This document shows positions 25,803 to 39,017 of a stretch of DNA of 41,953 bases, piece by piece. Position 1 is the first letter of the stretch, and the number at the start of each line of letters is the position of its first letter. The notes under the pieces were generated by a model. The model searched no databases and had not been told where the DNA came from. It saw only the letters and a program-made list of their open reading frames with translations. The translations under genes and the position numbers were made by a program. This DNA is from Tubiluchus corallicola. Its lineage: Eukaryota > Animalia > Priapulida. The stretch is taken from contig JAQGDQ010001417.1 of the NCBI GenBank assembly GCA_030141605.1, positions 1 through 41,953 on the forward strand, written 5' to 3'.

Positions 25803-26231
25803 GAGGGGCGTATCAAGACTTTACGACGCCCTAGGCTGATAGATCTGCCCAGCCCTTCTCAATTGTGAATTTGTGGTTGCTTATGTAATGAAGAGATCAA
25901 ATAATTACTTGTGGTGTATTAAAAATGCTATTCACATGGTTTCTACGTTGTCAATATTAATTACATGTATTTGCATAGCTTTTATGTTCAAGGAGGCCGT
26001 GCAACTGCTTGTTGTGTAATACCTTGCACCTGTTCGTTATGTGGCACTTATATAAAAGCTGGGCTCAGTAACTGCCTGTGGCGTGTTATAAAATGTGCCC
26101 TTTAAATGAACATGAAAGTATACACATTTTTCGAGGAGAATAAGGATTTTTTTCTAAAATGCGACGCCTTCAAACTTTGCCAGCAAAGTTAGGCTATAGC
26201 CTAGTTAGCCCATTGGTCAACACGCCCCCTG
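25803..26231. mobile_element. hAT-like MITE (mirror copy at 38241-38669)
   Basis: Short TIRs GAGGGGCGT ... ACGCCCCCTG flanked by an imperfect 8-bp duplication CTAGTCTG / CTGGTCTA. An 8-bp TSD is characteristic of hAT. Confidence 0.55.
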
Positions 26232-26498
26232 CTGGTCTACATACGATAAAGCAAATCCCAGGCACGCTACTATGCGGAAATCGATGGTGGAAAGTGTCTA
26301 ATTTTCTATGAACGCGAGAACGATAAATCTACGTGTTTAATATAACCGAATCGTGTCCTAACACGAACCAACATGGCCGAAGCGCTGACATTTAAACGCC
26401 AGTTAAGCAGTAAAACTTAATTGCTATAAATTCCTAATCTAATCTACGCATGTAAAAGGGTAATAGTTATGCTGATTTATACTCTGTATAGCTACTAG

Positions 26499-26684
26499 GC
26501 AATCAACGTCAATGGAAAATTATTTATAGCACAAGACGTCAGGCACTTATTAAATGATGTAGAAAAATACATCGTGCAGCGAACAAAAGCAGCAGCAGTA
26601 ATTAATACCGTCATTAGCAGCACAAGCAGAGAAAGAAGACAAAAAGAGTTTGATGAGAAAAGGAAGCAGAAAGAAAAGGATTGC
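26499..26684 (+). CDS. Possible isolated coding exon, unknown protein (mirror copy ~37788-37973, minus strand)
   Basis: CTACTAG| 186 bp open frame AINVNGKLFIAQDVRHLLNDVEKYIVQRTK..RERRQKEFDEKRKQKEKDC |GTAAGC. No recognisable family; weak polypyrimidine tract. Confidence 0.25.
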
Positions 26685-27662
26685 GTAAGCCAGAGGAGGG
26701 TGTGTGGGGGTGAAAGGCTTCGAAGATCGTTGCAAACTTGCATAGCAACGTGTAAGGCTGCATAGCCGCTTGTTAATCTGCATAACAAAGTTTCAATTTT
26801 ATTTATACGGTTATTTATAAAGTCCAGGACTCACTCGTATGCTACACATTGTAGAAGGTTGTGGCAGTATTGGTACCTAACATTACCAGTAAGCACTGAA
26901 CTACGGCAGCAGAGCTGCTTCTCTTAGCTATATTCGGGTGATGTTCTTAGCTGTGTTCATTTGATGAGATAAGTATAAGAATGTGTATTTAACCCCACAA
27001 TCACGCACCCGAATACTGACCGGGCAAGATGCTGTATAACTTTGGTCACACGCAGTAACCATTCGTTTTCGTTTTCAAAATACCGTTTTCTGGTTGAGTG
27101 AGTGACAATTTACCAAACATTTTAAATTACAAAGAAATTTCTTTTCTAGTTACACACGTCTTTCAAGCAGGTTAGTCACATAACTTTGAGTAAAAAGTAT
27201 TTTCGGGACGTACTTTCAAATTGTGTGTTCTTTCCCTTTAATATTCCAAGCTGAGGTCAATTCAAATATGGCGCCATGAATCTTTTTCTCATTTCGTGGA
27301 TTTGTTTAACGTAAAGGCGAAATATGCTGGTTATTTTATAAGATTCAAAACGAAGCTTCACTATCCGTTTCACTGTATATTTATTATTGCGTAGTAAAGA
27401 AATGAAATGAGAGCTCTAGCCGGGACAATATTCAACGATTGCTTATAAACTTCTCCTGTTAGCAACGAAACTACCCTGTTTTCCTGTTCACATTGCAGGA
27501 TTTGCGTCCAGGGAAGCTGAGGAAGACGAGGAAGAAAGCGATATTTAAATACAGTGCACATAATATTTCATTCACAGGCAAAATCGAATCACATAACGGT
27601 CACATTAAACCAGGCCACAGAAGCGAACAAGAACAGCCAAGCAGTCATGACGTCGGTTTAGT

Positions 27663-27709
27663 GATCGAAGTTAAGCAATGTCGAGACTGACTGGTAATTG
27701 GATGGGTGA
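27663..27709 (+). pseudogene. 5S rRNA-derived fragment (internal control region), probably SINE-borne; copies at 36770-36816 (-) and 39393-39439 (+)
   Basis: GATCGAAGTTAAGCAATGTCGAGACTGACTGGTAATTGGATGGGTGA resembles invertebrate 5S rRNA CGAAGTTAAGCAACGTCG..GTACTTGGATGGGTGA (box A to box C). The 5S ends are absent. Confidence 0.6.
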
Positions 27710-27835
27710 AAAACAGAGTTTAATACTTACTCTGAGTGGTTTCATTTACGATACCTCGATGAGGGTGAAGCGGTAATCACGTGGTTAAGACGACAGTCTA
27801 CTAGAATAAGTTACATTGTCCTGTAAATCAATTTA

Positions 27836-28300
27836 AAGGACAGGATGATTTTTCAAGTACGGTAAAAATTTAACATTTTAACACCAATAATTCACGGCGG
27901 GCGGGCTCAACTATCGATGACATCACAAACGAACATAATTTTCAACAGCAAAAAATTCCACGAGCGTGTTGGACGTGTTTGAAAATTGAAGCACAGTGCT
28001 ACAGTAAGATGTTCAGTGTGTTGTACTAAAACTAGACAAGCTTTAGAAAAAAAATTCAAATTTCAAATTTACTGCTGTGCTCACGCATGAGCTGTCGAAC
28101 GTGTGCAGTACGTCACAGACGAAGACGTCTGAACTGAGAGGTACAGCACCCGTTTTTGTGCAACATGTTTCCAAAATACAGGCGTTAGTGCCCGTCTAAC
28201 TAACGAATGGCGAAGAACTAGTCGCGCGAACGCGAAATTGTATTTGTGTGGTAATGATTCTTTCATGTAAGTCATTTTTGAAAAAATAGCATGTTTCCTT
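27836..28300 (+). mobile_element. MITE-like element with imperfect TIRs (copies ~36148-36634 inverted, ~39566-40030 direct, partial 30432-30803)
   Basis: AAGGA(AGA)CAGGATGATTTTTCAA ... TTGAAAAAATAGCATGTTTCCTT; multiple diverged relatives in the window. Confidence 0.55.
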
Positions 28301-28340
28301 TCCATGTTTTAAAGTAGAGTGTTTTGACCTAGAGTTTAAC

Positions 28341-28492
28341 CTACGACTACTACCACTGCCACTGCCACTGCCACTGCCACTGCCACTGCCACTGCCACTA
28401 CCACTACCACTACCACTACCACTACCACTACCACTACCACTACCACTACCACTACTACTACTACTACTACCATTACTACTACTACTACTACC
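28341..28492. repeat. (CCACTG)n(CCACTA)n(CTA)n microsatellite; paralogous tracts at 30845-30997, 35635-36108 and 40071-40132
   Basis: The same flank GACCTAGAGTTTAACCT precedes each tract; lengths differ widely between copies. Confidence 0.93.
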
Positions 28493-29418
28493 GACCTAGG
28501 TTTCGGTTTTGCTTTAAAGCTGCATGAGCCAACAGAATGGATGAAAGCGTCAGTTTAAAAGGTATCAAAGATTATTAAAAACCAGTGATTTTTCAATACC
28601 ATTCAAACTGCACCCCACTCTGGTGGCAATAACGGAAACTACGTGTTTGAAAATGATACATAAAACTGAATCTGGAGCTGCACGCGAGTCGTGAAAAGCA
28701 CTGAGTGCATTAAATCGACAGTGCGGTAGTGTGAAGAAATCTCTGATGTGTCTGATGAAAGAGACGAACTCAGGGCGGCCTCAAACGCAATCCTATTTCA
28801 CACACCCGCAAGCAAGACAGGCATTAATGAATTTATGAACAAAAACTGTCGTTTCTTGCAGAATTAATTTCGCTCTCCCCGTCTCGTGTGATTTCGCGAG
28901 ACTGGATCGATTTGACAAGAAAAACTTCCGGCTAATTTAAGCAACTTGGCTTCACCAGCGCAGCGAGAAACACCTAAATTTTGATTAAACATAGAATTCA
29001 TTTCCGAAGCCCGTAATTCAGTAAAACATTGAACTTGTGTGAAACGTCTAACGTAACAGGGACACGTGATTGGTAAGAAATAAATAAAATATCAGCTCAT
29101 ATCATCTGACTGTATCATTGAGAGAAAGCGTTAAGAAAATGAGTGAACGGGTGATATGCAGACTGACTGACCGACTGGATGACTAACTAAATTCCACTGT
29201 TCGTTTAGTAATTGTGTATAACGTTTCTGCTACAATGGTTGACCGCTCCTAAACTACTTTGCCAGGTCAGGCAAATTACCCAGAGAAGTTGCCCTTTTTT
29301 CAAGGCAAACTCCCTCCTCAGTCCTCTGCAGGACAGCAGCACCCCCTGCTTCTTCCGACTCACCAAAAGTGAAGCCAGCGAATTTTCTCTACACCATTTG
29401 TATGGTGATAAAAACGAA

Positions 29419-29640
29419 GATGACGCAATTTCACAGTTGATGACGTATCTGCACAGTTGATGACGTGCTGCACAGTTGATGACGTCACAGCGCAGTTGAC
29501 GACGCGACAGTGCAGTCGATGACGTGCTGCACAGTTCATGACGTGCCTGCACAGTTCATGACGTGCCTGCGCAGTTGATGACGTGCTCCGCAGTTGATGA
29601 CGCAACTGCATAGATGAAAATGACATCACTGCACAGTTGT
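29419..29640. repeat. ~19-20-bp degenerate tandem repeat (GCACAGTTGATGACGTGCT); mirror array 34348-34700
   Basis: About 11 copies here and about 17 in the inverted arm (GCGTCATCAACTGMGCAGTC). Confidence 0.9.
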
Positions 29641-29790
29641 TGAGGCAACAATTGCTCAACTCAATTCAAATTTTTATTTCGGTAACTAAGATCACATGAA
29701 ATACAAATACAACACAAAATCAAATAAAATACAAGATTATACGAGAGAGAGAATGAGAGAAAAAACTAAACACACACACACACACACACG

Positions 29791-29832
<42 letters not shown>

Positions 29833-29864
29833 CTTAAATCCTACATCTTATATCTATAATCTAA

Positions 29865-30221
29865 TATACTTTAAGCGAAACAGTTTTCTGATACGATTGT
29901 TGTAAGCAATACGCAGCCTGTTTATCACACCATTACTATAATTACTCCATGAAGACATAGAGTAAACATTGCAGCAGTAACTCTTAAATAGCACGATTTT
30001 AACATGATCTAAACACATTTTCTTATTAAAGAGTTAACAAAAGAGACGCCCCTCTTAGTTAATGCCGTCCCCGTGTAGAGATTATGTTTGACTATCTGTC
30101 CTAGACATGTCAATAGATGCTTGCAACATGGACTAAGCTTCACAGGGTTGCAGTATTTTATTAAAATTGACAAATTTTGATGTTTTGACAGCAGTAAGTT
30201 ACTCTGGAAAGAGGAAAACAA
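29865..30221 (-). mobile_element. Decayed LINE ORF2 (post-RT) fragment, L2/CR1 group
   Basis: Minus strand reads TCLGQIVKHNL..VNSLIRK, then after a frameshift CLDHVKIVLFKSYCCNVYSMSSWSNY..RLRIAYNNRIRKLFRL. This matches the 'YLG..; VKxxLFxxYC..Y...W; LxxAYNxxxRxL' pattern of these LINEs. Confidence 0.75.
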
Positions 30222-30431
30222 ATCTCGTTCATGTCTTTGTTCTCAGCTTTCAACAGGACACATTCACCTCGATCACGTGACTCCCTCCATTCAATGCCTT
30301 CGCTTTCCTTTCATCTATATTACTATTATCAATCATTCTCTTTATCTCTTACGAAATAAATTATTAATCTTCTAATATACTTGGAGTAATATTTATTACA
30401 GAAGATGAACAGATTAAAATACAAACTAATC

Positions 30432-30956
30432 ATTTTCAACAGCAAAAAATTCCACGAGCGTGTTGTACGTGTTTGAAAAATTGAAGTACAGTGCTATTGT
30501 AAGATATTCAATGTGTTATACTAAAACTAAGCAAGTTTTAAGATAAATTTTCAAATTTACCGCAGTGCTCACGCATGAGCTGTCGAACGTGTGTAGTTCG
30601 TCACAAACTAACACATCTGAACTGAGAGGTACAGCACCTGTTTTTGTGCAATGCGTTTCCGAAATACAGGCGCTAGTACCCGTCTAACTAACGAATGACG
30701 AAATGCATGTAACAGCAAAGAACTAGTGGCGGGAACAGGAAATTGTGTTTTTGTGGTAATAATTCTTTCCCGTAGGTCATTTTTGAAAAATAGTATGTTC
30801 CTTTCAATATTTGAAATGGGAGTGTTTGACCTAGAGTTTAACCTGCGACTGCTGCCACTGCCACTGCCACTGCCTGCCACTGCCACTACCACCACCACCA
30901 CCACCACCACCACCACCACCACCACCACCACCACCAACACCACCACCACCACCACC

Positions 30957-30987
<31 letters not shown>

Positions 30988-30997
30988 CCACGACGAC
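30432..30997 (+). repeat. Older diverged direct duplicate of ~27938-28490
   Basis: Shares the MITE interior, the GACCTAGAGTTTAACCT flank and the CCACTG tract, with many substitutions. Confidence 0.85.
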
Positions 30998-31569
30998 TAA
31001 GATTAACATTATTTATCACTCTAACACATTTTGCACATTAACACTTTTTGTCTTTCTTTTTACAAGATGATTCTTTTATGGTAATTTCATGAAAAACGTT
31101 TTCAGTGCTTTTGCAGTCGCTAGATGTCGCTTCTAGCGTGATAAATGTCAAATATGCATTACATATCCGGAGGCTATGCGTCTCTAAATTACCTTGCCGC
31201 TGTATATTTCGTTAGTAAATTTATAGCGGTTGACGTCAGTAAACCTACTTAATGCGTTTCTACCATGATGGCCCAATAATAGTAACCGTATTGCACCATT
31301 GCACAACACCTGCAACTATGATTAGATTGTAATAGTAGGTATATATGCATCATTAAACCTCCACTGCAGATTAAATGGAATTAGTGAATGTTTTAATGAT
31401 TTATTAGACGCCATCTTAAATATTACACCCGATGCATTAGCTTATTACACTTTTACAACCAGCTGGTAAAAATACATTAACTTTCCATTAGAATATTAAA
31501 ATTTACCTTTAAACGTTATCATACCTTCCTGGCTATTTATAGCCGCATCAGATTAAAGATCTGATATAT

Positions 31570-31670
31570 AAAAGAAATTGACGATAGGTGGCAGTGAGAT
31601 ATAACGTAAAAGAAATCGACGATAGGTGGCAGTGAGATATAATGTAAAAGAAACTGACGATAGGTGGCAG
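31570..31670. repeat. 38-bp repeat, ~2.7 copies (also at 40242-40342)
   Basis: GACGATAGGTGGCAG at 31580, 31618 and 31656. Confidence 0.9.
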
Positions 31671-31859
31671 GAGGTAACAATGGGCACATTTACCTGAGAT
31701 AAAATTTGAAAAGCTGAAACGCTTTAGAAGCTCGTGCGAATGACAGGTATTATGTGTCGTGTAGAGGTGGGTGGATGTGTTGATCCGTAGTACAAAGCAG
31801 CTTGTGCGCAATTGTAACAAGGCTGTCTTCTAATTAGTTGCGCATTACGTCATAAACAT

Positions 31860-32675
<816 letters not shown>

Positions 32676-33239
32676 GTTCCACTCCCAGTCTTAAAGATCA
32701 CCTTCTAACCAAATCATTAACTACGAACAGTCTGATGGATTTAGTTTCCCCTGCTGATTCGGCAAAGCCTCCCTCCACGAAAGAAACCACAATTAAACGT
32801 TGGTTACACGTTGCATAACACTTGGTGACAGCCTGGCTTCATGTTAGCACTGACAGCTGCTGCTGCAGGAGTAATTAGTAACGACAGTTTGCATTTGTTT
32901 CTAATCGCTGATGAATATTAACCATGTCACCACTGACGCTGCAGAGCGGTGCGCCCAACTTGACTGGCATTTATTGCGGAATGAATATGGCTGACGTGGC
33001 AGTTACGCGTATGCCTGAGAGGATTTTAATGCGGGGTGAAAGTTTTGTTTTATTGCTAGAAAATAAATTGTTTTCTTATCCTTATTACTTTGGGGAAATG
33101 AATTTTCATCTAAATTGCACAATTTTGCTTCGTTAACAATGAAATGAGCAACTGTCAACTTATATATATATATACATATTACACATGCAATATTCTACCA
33201 TTTGGCCTCAGCTTTGTCTATATAAGCATCTTGAGCTGC

Positions 33240-33435
33240 GTTTCTGGCTTCTTTTCATGACTATTGTTTCTGGCTTCGTTTCATGAGTATTGTTTCTGGC
33301 TTCTTTTCATGACTATTGTTTCTGGCTTCTTTTCATGAGTATTGTTTCTGGCTTCTTTTCTTGACTATTGTTTTTGGCTGCTTTTCTTGACTATTGTTTC
33401 TGGCTTCTTTTCCTGTCTATTGTTTCTGGCTTCTT
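33240..33435. repeat. 26-bp minisatellite, ~7.5 copies
   Basis: Unit GTTTCTGGCTTCTTTTCATGACTATT. Confidence 0.92.
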
Positions 33436-33701
33436 TGCTGCTACGTTTGTAGCTCGGGCGTGTGTTGCTTGCTTTTTATCTCTGCCCGCGCGAATATTAA
33501 CTCTGGCTATATCTACTTTTAATTCCACGGGGAAACCTATTAATTTTGAGGCATTTTGAAGCCATATCAGCTCATACTTCACACGAATTTTCGAGATGAT
33601 TAAACTCATCCAAGGGAATTACCGGGATGCTTATCCCCTTACAGCTTTCTTCCTGTTTTACAAGCGCTTTCCCAAACATGACGCAATTGTAGCACCCGCC
33701 T

Positions 33702-34308
33702 TTGAAAATGATTAGTTTGTATTTTAATCTGTTCATCTTCTGTAATAAATATTACTCCAAGTATATTAGAAGATTAATAATTTATTTCGTAAGAGATAAA
33801 GAGAATGATTGATAATAGTAATATAGATGAAAGGAAAGCGAAGGCATTGAATGGAGGGAGTCACGTGATCGAGGTGAATGTGTCCTGTTGAAAGCTGAGA
33901 ACAAAGACATGAACGAGATTTGTTTTCCTCTTTCCAGAGTAACTTACTGCTGTCAAAACATCAAAATTTGTCAATTTTAATAAAATACTGCAACCCTGTG
34001 AAGCTTAGTCCATGCTGCAAGCATCTATTGACATGTCTAGGACAGATAGTCAAACATAATCACTACACGGGGACGGCATTAACTAAGAGGGACGTCTCTT
34101 TTGTTAACTCTTTAATAAGAAAATGTGTTTAGATGGTGTTAAAATCGTGCTGTTTAACAGTTACTGCTGCAATGTTTACTCTATGTCTTCATGGAGTAAT
34201 TACAGTAATGGTGTGATAAACAGGCTGCGTATTGCTTACAACAGTGGTATCAGAAAACTGTTTCGCTTAAAGTATATTAGATTATAGATATAAGATGTAG
34301 GATTTAAG

Positions 34309-34351
<43 letters not shown>

Positions 34352-35671
34352 ACTGCGCAGTCACGTCATCAATTGCACTGTCACGTCGTCAACTGAGCAT
34401 TCGCGTCATCAACTGAGCAATCGCGTCATCAACTGCGTAGTCGCGTCATCAACTGAGCATTCGCGTCATCAACTGAGCAATCGCGTCATCAACTGCGTAG
34501 TCGCGTCATCAACTGAGCAGTCGCGTCATCAACTGCGCAGTCGCGTCATCAACTGAGCAGTCGCGTCATCAACTGAGCAGTCGCGTCATCAACTGCGCAG
34601 TCGCGGCATCAACTGCGCAGTCGCGTCATCAACTGCGCAGTCACGTCATCAACTGCACAGTCACGTCATCAACTGTGCACTTACGTCATCAACTGTGAAA
34701 TGACATGTTGTCATCTTCGTTTTTATCACCATACAAATGTTGCAGAGAAAAATTCGCTGGCTTCACTTTTGGTGAGTCGGAAGAAGCAGGGGGTGCTGCT
34801 GTCTTGCAGAGGGTTCTGAGGAGGGAGAAGGAGGGCTACTTCTCTGGGTAATTTGCCTAACCTGGCAAAGTAGTTTAGGAGCGGTCAACCATTGTAGCAG
34901 AAACGTTATACACAATTACTAAACGAACAGTGGAATTTAGTTAGTCATCCAGTCGGTCAGTCAGTCTGCATATCACCCGTTCACTCATTTTCTTAACGCT
35001 TTCTCTCAATGATACAGTCAGATGATATGAGCTGATATTTTATTTATTTCTTACCAATCACGTGTCCCTGTTACGTTAGACGTTTCACACAAGTTCAATG
35101 TTTTACTGAATTACGGGCTTCGGAAATGAATTCTATGTTTAATCAAAATTTAGGTGTTTCTCGCTGCGCTGGTGAAGCCAAGTTGCTTAAATTAGCCGGA
35201 AGTTTTTCTTGTCAAATCGATCCAGTCTCGCGAAATCACACGAGACGGGGAGAGCGAAATTAATTCTGCAAGAAACGACAGTTTTTGTTCATAAATTCAT
35301 TAATGCCTGTCTTGCTTGCGGGTGTGTGAAATAGGATTGCGTTTGAGGCCGCCCTGAGTTCGTCTCTTTCATCAGACACATCAAAGATTTCTTCACACTA
35401 CCGCACTGTCGATTTAATGCACTCAGTGCTTTTCACGACTCGCGTGCAGTTCCAGATTCAGTTTTATTTATCATTTTCAAACACTTAGTTCCCGTTATTG
35501 CCACCAGAGTGGGGTGCAGTTTGAATGGTATTGAAAAATCACTGGTTTGTAATAATCTTTGATACCATTTAAACTGACGCTTTCATCTATTCTGTTGGCT
35601 CATGCAGCTTTAAAGCAAAACCGAAACATAGGTCAGTAGTAGTAGTGGTAGTGGTAGTAGCAGTAGTAGTA

Positions 35672-35762
<91 letters not shown>

Positions 35763-38700
35763 CGTCGTCGTCGTCGTGCTCGTGGTCGTGGTCATCGTGG
35801 AAGTGGTAGTGCTAGTGCTAGTGCTAGTGCTAGTGCTAGTGCTAGTGCTAGTGGTAGTGGTAGTGGTAGTGGTAGTGGTAGTGGTAGTGGTCATCGTGGA
35901 AGTGGTAGTGGTAGTGGTAGTGGAAGTGCTAGTGGTAGTGGTAGTGGTAGTGGTAGTGGAAGTGGTAGTGGTAGTGGTAGTGGTAGTGCTAGTGGTAGTG
36001 CTAGTGGTAGTGGTAGTGGTAGTGGTAGTGGTAGTGGTAGTGGTAGTGGTAGTGGTAGTGGTAGTGGTAGTGGTAGTGGTAGTGGTAGTAGTCATAGTCG
36101 TAGTCGTAGGTTAAACTCTAGGTCAAAACACTCTACTTTGAAGCATTGAAAAGAAACATACTATTTTTTCAAAGAATGACTTATGTGAAAGAATTGTTAC
36201 CACACAAACACAATTTCACGTTCGCGCCACTAGTTCTTCGCTGTTACATGCATTTCGATATTCGTTAGTTAGACGAGCACTAACGCCTGTATTTTGGAAA
36301 CATGTTGCACAAAAACGGGTGCTGTACCTCTCAGTTCAGACGTCTTCGTCTGTGACGTACTGCACACATTCGACAGCTCATGCGTGAGCACAGCAGTAAA
36401 TTTGAAATTTGAATTTTTTTTCTAAAGCTTGTCTAGTTTTAGTACAACACACTGAACATCTTACTGTAGCACTGTGCTTCAATTTTCAAACACGTCCAAC
36501 ACGCTCGTGGAATTTTTTGCTGTTGAAAATTATGTTCGTTTGTGATGTCATCGATAGTTGAGCCCGCCTGCCGTGAATTATTGGTGTTAAAATGTTAAAT
36601 TTTTACCGTACTTGAAAAATCATCCTGTCTTCCTTTGAAGGGTAAAATTGATTTACAGGGCAATGTAACTTATTCTAGTAAACTATCGTCTTAACCACGT
36701 GATTACCGCTTCACCCTCATCGAGGTATCGTAAATGAAACCACTCAGAGTAAGTATTAAACTCTGTTTTTCACCCATCCAATTACCAGTCAGTCTCAACA
36801 TTGCTTAACTTCGATCACTAAACCGACGTCGTGACTGCTTGGCTGTTCTTGTTCGCTTCTGTGGCCTGGTTTAATGTGACCGTTCTGTGATTCGATTTTG
36901 CCTTTGAATGAAATATTATGTGCACTGTATTTAAATATCGCTTTCTTCCCCGTCTTCCTCAGCTTCCCTGAACGCAAATCCTGCAGTATGAACAGGAAAA
37001 CAAGGTAGTTTCGCAGGAGAAGTTTATAAGTAATCGTTGAATATTGTCCCGGCTAGAGCTCTCATTTCATTTCTTTACTACGCAATAATAAATATACAGT
37101 GAAACGGATAGTGAAGCTTCGTTTTGAATCTTATAAAATAACCAGCATATTTCGCCTTTACGTTAAACAAATCCACGAAATGAGAAAAAGATTCACGGCG
37201 CCATATTTGAATTGACCTCAGCTTGGAATATTAAAGGGAAAGAACGCACAATTTGAAAGTACGTCCCGAAAATACTTTTTACTCAAAGTTATGTGACTAA
37301 CCTGCTTGAAAGACGTGTGTAACTAGAAAAGAAATTTCTTTGTAATTTAAAATGTTTGGTAAATTGTCACTCACTCAACCAGAAAACGGTATTTTGAAAA
37401 CGAAAACGAATGGTTACTGCGTGTGACCAAAGTTATACAGCATCTTGCCCGGTCAGTATTCGGATGCGTGATTGTGGGGTTAAATACACATTCTTATACT
37501 TATCTCATCAAATGAACACAGCTAAGAACATCACCCGAATATAGCTAAGAGAAGCAGCTCTGCTGCCGTAGTTCAGTGCTTACTGGTAATGTTAGGTACC
37601 AATACTGCCACAACCTTCTACAATGTGTAGCATACGAGTGAGTCCTGGACTTTATAAATAACCGTATAAATAAAATTGAAACTTTGTTATGCAGATTAAC
37701 AAGCGGCTATGCAGCCTTACACGTTGCTATGCAAGTTTGCAACGATCTTCGAAGCCTTTCACCCCCACACACCCTCCTCTGGCTTACGCAATCCTTTTCT
37801 TTCTGCTTCCTTTTCTCATCAAACTCTTTTTGTCTTCTTTCTCTGCTTGTGCTGCTAATGACGGTATTAATTACTGCTGCTGCTTTTGTTCGCTGCACGA
37901 TGTATTTTTCTACATCATTTAATAAGTGCCTGACGTCTTGTGCTATAAATAATTTTCCATTGACGTTGATTGCCTAGTAGCTATACAGAGTATAAATCAG
38001 CATAACTATTACCCTTTTACATGCGTAGATTAGATTAGGAATTTATAGCAATTAAGTTTTACTGCTTAACTGGCGTTTAAATGTCAGCGCTTCGGCCATG
38101 TTGGTTCGTGTTAGGACACGATTCGGTTATATTAAACACGTAGATTTATCGTTCTCGCGTTCATAGAAAATTAGACACTTTCCACCATCGATTTCCGCAT
38201 AGTAGCGTGCCTGGGATTTGCTTTATCGTATGTAGACCAGCAGGGGGCGTGTTGACCAATGGGCTAACTAGGCTATAGCCTAACTTTGCTGGCAAAGTTT
38301 GAAGGCGTCGCATTTTAGAAAAAAATCCTTATTCTCCTCGAAAAATGTGTATACTTTCATGTTCATGTAAAGGGCAGATTTTATAACACGCCACAGGCAG
38401 TTACTGAGCCCAGCTTTTATATAAGTGCCACATAACGAACAGGTGCAAGGTATTACACAACAAGCAGTTGCACGGCCTCCTTGAACATAAAAGCTATGCA
38501 AATACATGTAATTAATATTGACAACGTAGAAACCATGTGAATAGCATTTTTAATACACCACAAGTAATTATTTGATCTCTTCATTACATAAGCAACCACA
38601 AATTCACAATTGAGAAGGGCTGGGCAGATCTATCAGCCTAGGGCGTCGTAAAGTCTTGATACGCCCCTCCAGACTAGTAATGATATTAGACGGCTAAAAA

Positions 38701-39017
38701 CAATAGGCATTTGTAAAAGTACAACGATCTGTTTTATTCGGATAAAATTTAAAAAATGTTATCATTAGGATTCTCGACTGACTAGCGCTTAATGGGGAAG
38801 AAAGGAGAATTTCAGAATAAAACACTTTCCCAAGTGTTCGTAAAATGTTACACTGCGCAGTAAGTTTGGTTCTAGTCGTGTTGGTGCGCAGTCGAAGTGG
38901 CGCAAATGGAAAAGTAGGTAAAAATGGCACAAATGAAAAAGTAGGTAAAAATGGCACAAATGGAAAAGTAGGTAAAAATGGCACAAATGGAAAAATAGGT
39001 AAAAATGGCACAAATGG
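33702..39017 (-). repeat. Right arm of the inverted segmental duplication
   Basis: Starts TTGAAAATGATTAGTTTG (reverse complement of the left-arm end at 30439) and ends in inverted 27-bp units at 39017. Confidence 0.96.
33920..34276 (+). mobile_element. Decayed LINE ORF2 fragment (mirror of 29865-30221)
   Basis: TCLGQIVKHN..VNSLIRK / VKIVLFNSYCCNVYSMSSW..LRIAYNSGIRKLFRL. Confidence 0.72.

Larger units (their letters stand above)
25455..30439 (+). repeat. Left arm of a ~5 kb inverted segmental duplication
   Basis: Reverse complement of 33702-39017. Identical ORF translations on opposite strands (26495-26788 vs 37684-37977; 26574-26765 vs 37707-37898) and near-identical 30009-30221 vs 33920-34132. 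Confidence 0.96.

Noticed and set aside
26248-26345. ARYYAEIDGGKCLIFYERENDKS as a PH-domain-like exon
   Set aside because: Too short, with poor splice signals and only an impressionistic resemblance.
33827-34132. Apparent two-exon host gene with a strong TTTTCCTCTTTCCAG acceptor
   Set aside because: The peptide and the next frame match decayed LINE ORF2 motifs, so it is better explained as a retrotransposon relic.
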